Shown here: piece after piece, positions 57,158 to 64,000 of the stretch
Numbering within the stretch: position 1 is the stretch's first letter
How the letters are laid out: every line of letters starts with the position of its first letter
DNA from: an uncultured Candidatus Saccharibacteria bacterium
Lineage (GTDB): Bacteria; Patescibacteriota; Saccharimonadia; Saccharimonadales; JALRHH01
Assembly: GCA_964638875.1 (NCBI GenBank)
Contig: CAZXBL010000001.1
Span: 489 to 64,488, forward strand
Direction of reading: 5' to 3'
DNA: 64,000 bases
The notes under the pieces: model-generated
Seen by the model: the letters and a program-made list of their open reading frames with translations, nothing else
Databases searched by the model: none
What the model was told of the DNA's origin: nothing
Position numbers and translations under genes: made by a program

Positions 57158-57628
57158 TTACTCGACTCGACGAGCGAAGTATTCGCTCGTTTCTCTCATA
57201 AATATTTCGGCAGTTTTTGGTCCGACACCGTATAGTTTTTGCAAACGTTTAGACAGCTCATCCTCATCTTCGCTCAACTCAATCATTAACATGAGCGAGC
57301 CATCGTAGTCATTAACCAGCTGCTGCATACAGGTTTTCAACGCACGTGTCATGACGTGCTGATACCTTGTATACCCACCCTGTCTTAATAGCGCGGTAAG
57401 CTTGCGGTCTTTTAAATCCAATATTGCCCACGGAAAATCAAGCTTACCATTCAAAAACATTTTCCAGGTCTTAACTGCAACAGATGATTGGATCGGCTTG
57501 CCAAGCAGGAATGTAAGCAAAAACCATCTAAACAAATCACTGTCGTTGTCCATTACATCCAAATCAAAGTCCTCCGCATGATGTACGGGTTTAAGGCGTT
57601 TATTTACTTTTGAGTTCAATTTGATCAT
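57158..57628 (-). CDS. HhH-containing DNA-binding/glycosylase-like small protein
   Basis: LFRWFL..L.GKPI, GGYTRY, YDGSL, YGVGPKTAEIFMRE. Confidence 0.75.
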   Translation of the reverse strand: MIKLNSKVNKRLKPVHHAEDFDLDVMDNDSDLFRWFLLTFLLGKPIQSSVAVKTWKMFLNGKLDFPWAILDLKDRKLTALLRQGGYTRYQHVMTRALKTCMQQLVNDYDGSLMLMIELSEDEDELSKRLQKLYGVGPKTAEIFMRETSEYFARRVE

Positions 57629-57650
57629 TAGTTGGAAGACAGGGGTACGT

Positions 57651-58049
57651 TTAGGGTTGCAGCTCTGAGTTATTTAGATTGGTCTGATTAAACTTAGTTA
57701 CATTATGTGGTGGGGACATGAATTTTTCCACAATAACGTAGTTTTCTTTGGATTTGAGTATTTGCTCTATCGAAGGTATATGGTGCCCAGGGAGCAATAA
57801 AAAGTGCTTGTTATCTTTATGGCCCTTATCGTACTCGCTCTTTCTAAGTTTTATACGTGTTTTACATTTTTCATCTGAACATTCACACTGAAACAATATA
57901 TTAGGGTCGGTCTCTGGTAGAAGGTGAGACTGGCTGTCTTCTTCAGCTATTCTTCTCAAATTATCAAAATCTTCGGATACCCTTAGATTAGGTTTACGGC
58001 TCATTACTTCGTTCTCTACAAGCCTACGTTCAGATACAGAGTCTGGCAT
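57651..58049 (-). CDS. Hypothetical metal-binding protein
   Basis: ENE..R..N, FQCECSDEKC, PGH, YVIVEK; AGGAG SD. Confidence 0.75.
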   Translation of the reverse strand: MPDSVSERRLVENEVMSRKPNLRVSEDFDNLRRIAEEDSQSHLLPETDPNILFQCECSDEKCKTRIKLRKSEYDKGHKDNKHFLLLPGHHIPSIEQILKSKENYVIVEKFMSPPHNVTKFNQTNLNNSELQP

Positions 58050-58154
58050 ACAATACTCCTATAACAGTATAGTTATCATTATCAATGCAATTAGCTGGAT
58101 TACTGTTAAGTAATTAACCACTCTATAATTTCTACCCTTATTTAAAAAGTGTTT

Positions 58155-58181
58155 CTAGCACTCTTGACATAGGAGTGCCAA
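58155..58181 (+). promoter_or_regulatory. CIRCE operator (HrcA site) overlapping the -35 box of the hsp20 promoter
   Basis: CTAGCACTC-N9-GAGTGCCAA vs consensus TTAGCACTC-N9-GAGTGCTAA; spacer contains TTGACA; TGnTATATA 17 nt downstream. Confidence 0.88.
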
Positions 58182-58356
58182 TTTGATATATAAGAATTAG
58201 GGCAATGGTACAGCCCTGAATCAAGAAGCTTAATGTCTGTCGTTTCTCTGTTAACATACGTGTTATCGGGGTTGAGAGATGCATTAAAACCCTTAACCTC
58301 TAGGTGCATCACTCCGATCAAGTAGTTAATAAGAGCGATAAGAAAGGAGGATAATT

Positions 58357-58836
58357 ATGTTTGATTTAGTACGTCGTCCAAGCACAAATTTGGGATTATC
58401 CACTTTTGAGGAGATGGATAAACTACTGGATAGTTTTTGGCGTTCTGCGGGCCTACCGATGAGTTCGATAAGCTTGCCCTCAATAGATATCTATAGCGAG
58501 GATGACAAACACATGGTTGTTGAAATGCCCGCCCCAGGTTTCGACACGAATGACATCGATTTGAATATTAGAGATGGAGTTCTGGAAATTAAGGGTCAAA
58601 AGCGGGAGACAACCAAGCAGAAAGAAGGTGATCGTAACTATATCGTCAGGGAAAGCAACGCTAGCTTTGCCCGCCGCGTCGTGCTCCCAGAGGGTGCTGA
58701 CGCGGATAACATATCTGCAGAGCTGGATAAAGGCTTACTAAAAGTAACTGTTCCTGTTAACCGCCCTGAGGCGAAGCGGGTCCAGATAACTACTGGTAAA
58801 AGCAGCAGCTCCAAAAGGCTATCCGCCAGTACCTAA
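58357..58836 (+). CDS. Hsp20/alpha-crystallin small heat shock protein
   Basis: PSIDI, EMPAPG, LEIKG, F.RRVVLP, A.LDKGLLKVTVP; AGGAGG SD. Confidence 0.93.
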   Translation: MFDLVRRPSTNLGLSTFEEMDKLLDSFWRSAGLPMSSISLPSIDIYSEDDKHMVVEMPAPGFDTNDIDLNIRDGVLEIKGQKRETTKQKEGDRNYIVRESNASFARRVVLPEGADADNISAELDKGLLKVTVPVNRPEAKRVQITTGKSSSSKRLSAST

Positions 58837-58869
58837 ACACACCCTAAAAAGGTCTGGGGCTTAAATAAG

Positions 58870-60081
58870 TCACAGACTTTTTGCAAGTGACTGCAGCGCG
58901 ACAACAAAGGCTGCTTCTTTTAGGCTTATATTTTTCTGCTGCGCCAGTTCATAAGTCCTACGGACTGCTGGTTTCATGTATTCGGTAAGTTTTTGGTTTA
59001 CCGTATCCTCGCCCCATGACTCTTTTTGCTGATTTTGCACCCATTCTAGATAACTCACCACTACACCACCTGCATTGGCAATAATGTCGGGTAGTAGGAC
59101 GTGACCATTTTTGTGTAATAAGTCGTGCGCTTGTTTTGTGACAGGGCCGTTAGCAATCTCAACGATGTATTTGGCCTTTACGTTTGCGACGTTATCTAAG
59201 GTCACAGTTTCTTCGAAGCCAGCCAGAACCAGCACATCGACATCTAGGCCTAGAAGCTCTTCATTGCTTGTAATGTTGGCAGAATCAGGCAGGTAGTCCT
59301 TAAAGCGTCCACCTTTGGCTTTGTAATCTTGTAAGGTAGCTGCACTGAAACCAGCTTCGTTATAAACTGCAGCCTCAGAGTCGCTAGCAGCGACCAGCTT
59401 CCACTGCGGGTGTCGTTCAGCGGCAACAGTTGCAAAGAAAGAACCAACATTACCAAAGCCTTGAACAGCTACGGTTAATTCTGGGGTTTTTACGCCCTCA
59501 AGGTCCAGTAGCTCTTCCAGTGCTAGCACGCCGCCCCTTCCAGTTGCCGCGTCTCTACCGTGGCTACCGCCATTAGCGATACTTTTGCCGGTAAAACTTG
59601 CGTGGCTAGAGTCGCCAGTGAGTTTTTCGTATTCATCCATCATCCAGTCAATAATTGTGGAGTTGGTATTCACATCAGGGGCGGGGATGTCTTTATCAGG
59701 ACCTATATGGGGGTGTAATCCTGCGGCATATTTTCTGCTTAACTCCTCCAGCTCTTTCTGGTTAAGGTCCCGGGGGTTAACTGCAACGCCACCTTTGCCA
59801 CCACCAAGCGGTAAGCCGACAGCAGCAGTTTTGAGGCTCATGAGGGTTGCCAGTGTTCTTACCTCGTCAAGACTTACATCCTGGTGGAAACGAATACCAC
59901 CTTTGTAAGGACCCAGTTGGTTATTATGCTGGACGCGGTATGCCTTAAAAACTTTGTCGGCAGATAACTCGATATCAAAAATATGCTCTGCATCAGTTTG
60001 CTTAAGCCTATCCATTTCTTTTTCTGATAACTCGAGCTGCTTGGCCGCCGCCTCTATAAATTGATGGGTATCTTCCAGCAC
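58870..60081 (-). CDS. gdhA: Glutamate dehydrogenase (Glu/Leu/Phe/Val family)
   Basis: GPYKGGIRF, GGGKGG, PAPDVNT, ATGRG, QGFGNVG, NAGGVVVSYLEW. Confidence 0.93.
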   Translation of the reverse strand: MLEDTHQFIEAAAKQLELSEKEMDRLKQTDAEHIFDIELSADKVFKAYRVQHNNQLGPYKGGIRFHQDVSLDEVRTLATLMSLKTAAVGLPLGGGKGGVAVNPRDLNQKELEELSRKYAAGLHPHIGPDKDIPAPDVNTNSTIIDWMMDEYEKLTGDSSHASFTGKSIANGGSHGRDAATGRGGVLALEELLDLEGVKTPELTVAVQGFGNVGSFFATVAAERHPQWKLVAASDSEAAVYNEAGFSAATLQDYKAKGGRFKDYLPDSANITSNEELLGLDVDVLVLAGFEETVTLDNVANVKAKYIVEIANGPVTKQAHDLLHKNGHVLLPDIIANAGGVVVSYLEWVQNQQKESWGEDTVNQKLTEYMKPAVRRTYELAQQKNISLKEAAFVVALQSLAKSL

Positions 60082-60140
60082 AGTATGTCTCCCGTATATA
60101 CAGCTAGTATACGCTCTTTTGCGAAGCTAGCTTGCTGACC

Positions 60141-61118
60141 TTAAACAGCGTCAGCATATTGATTAAGCATATCTGAAACCTTAGCAGCCCAGTTGTCACT
60201 TTCCCATAAGAAAGTAACTCCTTCTGCTGCAACTGCTCCCAAGGAATGCCTGACATGAACTTCTCGGCCACTATCCACGCCCAGGGCGCTGACAATATCT
60301 ATTGAACCGCCCATTTGCTCGTGCCATAACCGCAACTGCTCCCGGCCAACTTCTTTAGTAGCAGGACCACTCATGCCCCCAGCACCATTCGGAACACTAA
60401 GTATAGGAGTGCCGTCATTATTACTAGCCACCTGGTTAGGGATAGTGTTGGCAGTGACCATAAAGCTAAACACGTTTTTGGCTCGTAGCATCTTTGCTAC
60501 ATCAGGGATAAGCAATTTCTCTTCATCAGTGACGTAGGGTGGAAGTTTTACACCGAGTCGTTGTCCTTCACCAATCTCTGAGGCGAGAGCATCAACCAGC
60601 TCAGCCATACTTTCCAAATCGTAGCCCAAAATAGGCTTTCTGCCGCCACCGTCAGTAACTACATTCGGGCACGATACGTTAAGTTCTACTAAATCTACGC
60701 CTGTTTGCAGGAGCTCGTACGCTAATCTACGAGCTTGCTCAACAGAATTTCCGCTTTCCGGTGACATCGTTGGAGAGCCACTATAAACAACGGGCTTTCC
60801 TTTGTCGTGAGAACGGCTTACTAGGTCAGGGGCAAGAGTAAGTGCTCCTTCTAGCCCAATGTTCGGTAAGCCCATTGAGTTATAGGTTTTGCCTTCAGTG
60901 GCGTCATAGTGGTAAGTTGGGCTGCCAAACTTTGCTTCATTACCTTCTTGGCGTGGAATAGTGAATGAACCCACGGTTATAGCTCCGATACCCGTGCTTG
61001 CCAGCACATCTACTTCACGTAGCATTCTTTCTGCGTAGGGCCCGTTGATAGAACCTGCCGCATTAAGTAATGGTGAGCTTAACTCGACTCCTGCAATAGC
61101 ATACTCTGGACTTCCCAT
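60141..61118 (-). CDS. pyrD: Dihydroorotate dehydrogenase, class 1 (probably 1A)
   Basis: NAAG, NSMGLPN.G, ELNVSCPNV, VKLPPY, NTI, GGMSG. Confidence 0.88.
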   Translation of the reverse strand: MGSPEYAIAGVELSSPLLNAAGSINGPYAERMLREVDVLASTGIGAITVGSFTIPRQEGNEAKFGSPTYHYDATEGKTYNSMGLPNIGLEGALTLAPDLVSRSHDKGKPVVYSGSPTMSPESGNSVEQARRLAYELLQTGVDLVELNVSCPNVVTDGGGRKPILGYDLESMAELVDALASEIGEGQRLGVKLPPYVTDEEKLLIPDVAKMLRAKNVFSFMVTANTIPNQVASNNDGTPILSVPNGAGGMSGPATKEVGREQLRLWHEQMGGSIDIVSALGVDSGREVHVRHSLGAVAAEGVTFLWESDNWAAKVSDMLNQYADAV

Positions 61119-61242
61119 ATTACCTCCTGCTAATAACTTAATGAAAAGTATAGCTTTATTAACTAGTCAAAATAAAGTGCTAATGTTTGCAAATAGCAAC
61201 GATAAGCTTCAAAATATGTACAAATCATTTAAGGAGGGGAAT

Positions 61243-61980
61243 ATGGCTGAAACCGGGGAATCACCAGCAGGAAGGTTAGGGGCACAAGCCCTACCAGAAG
61301 ATGATCAACTTAAAATTGCAATGCACTTACATGAGGAAGGGATGTTTGGGGTACACGAAAACCCAGATAACTTCATCACATTAAAAAGTGGGCGCATTTC
61401 TCCACACTACTTGGACATGCGACCTGGCATTTCAAATGTTGTAACACGTGGAATTATAGCCAAAGGATTGCTGGACTTAGCCGGTATTCCAATCGACAGC
61501 GCATCTGGTGAGCATACTGAAGGCCAACTCGATCATATTGTTGGTACCCCAGAAGCCTTTACTTCTTATGCAGCGACTATGGCCGATATATCTGGAGCAA
61601 GTTTATTACAACCTAGAGTCGCTAAGAAGGAGAGTGGCAATAAGACACCAATTCTTGGAAGGTTTAGTCCTGGAGATAGGGTTGCCTTATTTGACGATGT
61701 TGTAACCGACGGGCGGACAAAGATTGACGCGATAGACGGGCTAAAAACAGCAGGTTTAGATGTGAAGGGCTACTTTGTTGTCCTAGACAGACAAGAAGGT
61801 GGTGTCCCCCAAGTATTTGAGGAAACCGAGATACTTATAAGTTCTGCTTTACGTGTATCTGAGCTGGTGAAGATGCTTAGAGCTGAAAATGTATACTCAG
61901 CTACGCAGTTTGATAATGTCAAACAATACCTAGAACAACATGGTGATCCTGATGTTGTGGCATCAATGGGCTCAGCCTAG
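61243..61980 (+). CDS. pyrE: Orotate phosphoribosyltransferase
   Basis: TLKSGRISPHYLD, PRPP motif FDDVVTDG.TK, VLDRQEG; start MAETG after AAGGAGG. Confidence 0.9.
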   Translation: MAETGESPAGRLGAQALPEDDQLKIAMHLHEEGMFGVHENPDNFITLKSGRISPHYLDMRPGISNVVTRGIIAKGLLDLAGIPIDSASGEHTEGQLDHIVGTPEAFTSYAATMADISGASLLQPRVAKKESGNKTPILGRFSPGDRVALFDDVVTDGRTKIDAIDGLKTAGLDVKGYFVVLDRQEGGVPQVFEETEILISSALRVSELVKMLRAENVYSATQFDNVKQYLEQHGDPDVVASMGSA

Positions 61981-62028
61981 GACCAAATCTTAAGCCATTC
62001 TTGAATAATTGAATATAAGGAGACCCAT

Positions 62029-62793
62029 ATGTTAAAAGCAAACGTAGCCCAGCTAACCCCTGACCAAAGAATAGTTATTGCTTATGACGGGATGAATTTA
62101 GATGAAGCAGCAACGATGCATACAGAATTTAATGATGCTGGCTTTCGCCCAGTTGCGAAAGCCAATTCTCTTGCAACTAGACCAGGACTCGATGCGGTTG
62201 TGGCTCGATTTAACTTGTTGGGTTCAGAGGTCATGTTCGACCCCAAACACCACGACACAGACGAGACAATGTTTAACTACATTTCCGAGGACGCAGTTGC
62301 AGAACCCGCTCCTCCACTATTAGTTACTTTACATGCCGCAAATGGTAATAGAGCTCTAACTGAAGCTGCTAGGGCCAGGGATGAAACGGTTGGTAGGAAC
62401 GCAAATGTACTTAATCTATTAGGAATCACTGTACTGACCTCGTTGGATGACGATGACGTGGTTAGCATATTCGGAGAAGGTGCCACTGCAGAGTCCAAGT
62501 TCGTTGAATTTGCACACCGTGCACATGAAGCGGGATTACAGGGACTAGTTTCATCAGGAAAAGAATTAGTGAAAGGCTATGAGTTTGAAGAGTTAAACGG
62601 GCTTCTTAGAGTTATCCCTGGTATAAAATTGCCTAACACAGCAGATACAGCTGGTCAAAAGAGGTTGTACACACCTGACAGGGCAATCGACGAAGGAGCA
62701 GATTTTGTTGTTATCGGTAGGGCAATCACTGGTGCTGATTCACCCGTCGCTGCCTTAGAACAAGCTACGAAATTAGTAGATAAAGCCGCCTAA
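62029..62793 (+). CDS. pyrF: Orotidine-5'-phosphate decarboxylase
   Basis: IAYD, FDPKHHD (DxKxxD), TVLTS, PGI, QKR..TP..A..GAD..VIGRAI. Confidence 0.9.
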   Translation: MLKANVAQLTPDQRIVIAYDGMNLDEAATMHTEFNDAGFRPVAKANSLATRPGLDAVVARFNLLGSEVMFDPKHHDTDETMFNYISEDAVAEPAPPLLVTLHAANGNRALTEAARARDETVGRNANVLNLLGITVLTSLDDDDVVSIFGEGATAESKFVEFAHRAHEAGLQGLVSSGKELVKGYEFEELNGLLRVIPGIKLPNTADTAGQKRLYTPDRAIDEGADFVVIGRAITGADSPVAALEQATKLVDKAA

Positions 62794-62816
62794 TACATAG
62801 TATTCGAATCTGAAGG

Positions 62817-64000
62817 TTAGCTCTTTCGAAATATTACTAAATGAGCACCGTCGTCCTCAGCATAGTAATCTTTGTCTTCTTCAAGGACAGTCATAGAGTA
62901 ACCCAGCCTCTTAATTTCGTCTTGGTGAGAGCTTAACATTGACCACGAAGTTTTATCCTTTGCGTGAAATAAAATCGGCAGCTTTAACTTGTCAGACTTT
63001 CCTAAGATGCTCATGAATACCTCACGACCAATTCCGCTATCTTGATACTCAGGGAGTATGGCAAGGTCATCTATATAAAGCACTTCTTCATTAGGTAGAT
63101 CCCCACCAAAGATACCTAAGTTGTCCTTATAAGCGATCAAGTAGCCAATCTCTTCTTCGGTATCAGGGGTCGTTAATAAATATGAATAATTATCAGGATT
63201 ACTTGTTGCGTTAAAATCCTGGCCTTCATGGGTTGGATCACCTTCTCCGTATACTTTTTGTTCGATCTCATCAATTATTAACTTATCCCTTGGGTTGGCA
63301 GGTATAAACAGTACTTTTTCCGAACTTAAAGGTTGTTCAACCATTACTTTTTGCCTGTGCGCGTCAGAGTATGTACCGAATAGAGGCGTTGAAATTTTTG
63401 AAGTTTCTTTTAGACGTTGGTCATAATGCTCAGTGACATGAACACCAAGATTTACCTGATCAAAATGGCTGACACTCTCTGGTTGTAGGGCAAGATAGTC
63501 GGTAAAGAATTCTGTATAAAGGCCTAGGACTTTATTGCGGTCACGTTCACCAGTCACTTCAATGTTATCAATTACAAGAGTGTTAGGCGCTTCTTCTGGG
63601 TCTGTATAAAGCAACGACTGTGCAACAAGCTTACCCCCTTTGTCATATAGAGCGAAGAAGCTGTATCGAGGGTCGCCGTATCCAGCATCTAGGCACTTAC
63701 GACCAAGCCCAGTAACTGTCATGCAGCAACCACTATCATGACCTATGGTATAGCCACGAGGATCATCTTTTTCTAAAATCTCAGCTTGAAAACCACCACT
63801 TAAAGTAGATTTACGAGAGCTGATAAATGCTTCTGGGTTAAAGATCTCTTTATGAGTCGCCAAGGCATTGATAACAGTACGTGGGTCGTAACAACGTGAA
63901 AGTTCGGACAGATAACCCTTATACGTTTCAAGATCCTCATGGGTCAAATTTGAAGGGGAGACGCCTTCATCCATCATTGAATTTAACATTACAAGGACAG
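62817..64000 (-). CDS. Large protein with C-terminal GNAT acetyltransferase domain, 5' truncated by window edge
   Basis: LYIDDLAILPEYQDSGIG; upstream domain with IGHDSGCCM and VIDNIE; frame open to the window end. Confidence 0.72.
   Translation of the reverse strand, partial: VLVMLNSMMDEGVSPSNLTHEDLETYKGYLSELSRCYDPRTVINALATHKEIFNPEAFISSRKSTLSGGFQAEILEKDDPRGYTIGHDSGCCMTVTGLGRKCLDAGYGDPRYSFFALYDKGGKLVAQSLLYTDPEEAPNTLVIDNIEVTGERDRNKVLGLYTEFFTDYLALQPESVSHFDQVNLGVHVTEHYDQRLKETSKISTPLFGTYSDAHRQKVMVEQPLSSEKVLFIPANPRDKLIIDEIEQKVYGEGDPTHEGQDFNATSNPDNYSYLLTTPDTEEEIGYLIAYKDNLGIFGGDLPNEEVLYIDDLAILPEYQDSGIGREVFMSILGKSDKLKLPILFHAKDKTSWSMLSSHQDEIKRLGYSMTVLEEDKDYYAEDDGAHLVIFRKS

Noticed and set aside
61045-61242. 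Long N-terminal ORF-track extensions (pyrE; also ORFs called from 14541, 17189, 30238, 42087, 49530)
   Set aside because: They overlap divergent genes or promoters; downstream ATGs have SD or -10 support

Overview
Gene-dense bacterial chromosomal segment. Its gene content and style are typical of Patescibacteria, most likely Saccharibacteria/TM7 (inference; code 11). From left to right it holds: a cell-envelope polysaccharide region (GT4 glycosyltransferases, a large repeat surface protein, cupin PMI, manC, manB, glmS, priming sugar transferase, GtrA, uppP); housekeeping, repair and transport genes (nadD-like, Kef-type antiporter, dsbA, CNNM/CBS, aspS, PIF1 helicase, ridA, alkA, mutY, tsaC, a two-component pair, murC-like, MFS, ABC-2, dus); tRNA-Ile2(CAU); and a stress/metabolic block (SDR, CIRCE-controlled Hsp20, gdhA, pyrD/pyrE/pyrF). 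I found no CRISPR array, rRNA, transposase or integrase. The main unexplained signals are: (1) a modular palindromic element inserted in-frame in mutY, with an inverted sister copy 10 kb away and several other composite hairpin elements; (2) a class-II cobalamin-riboswitch-like RNA with a terminator/RBS hairpin ahead of an unknown zinc-ribbon protein; (3) an A9 slippery site that would fuse two hypothetical ORFs; (4) duplicated 5' and 3' ends of the tRNA; (5) a coupled 17-aa uORF; (6) widespread leaderless-style promoters. All calls come from reading the sequence by eye; no searches were run.
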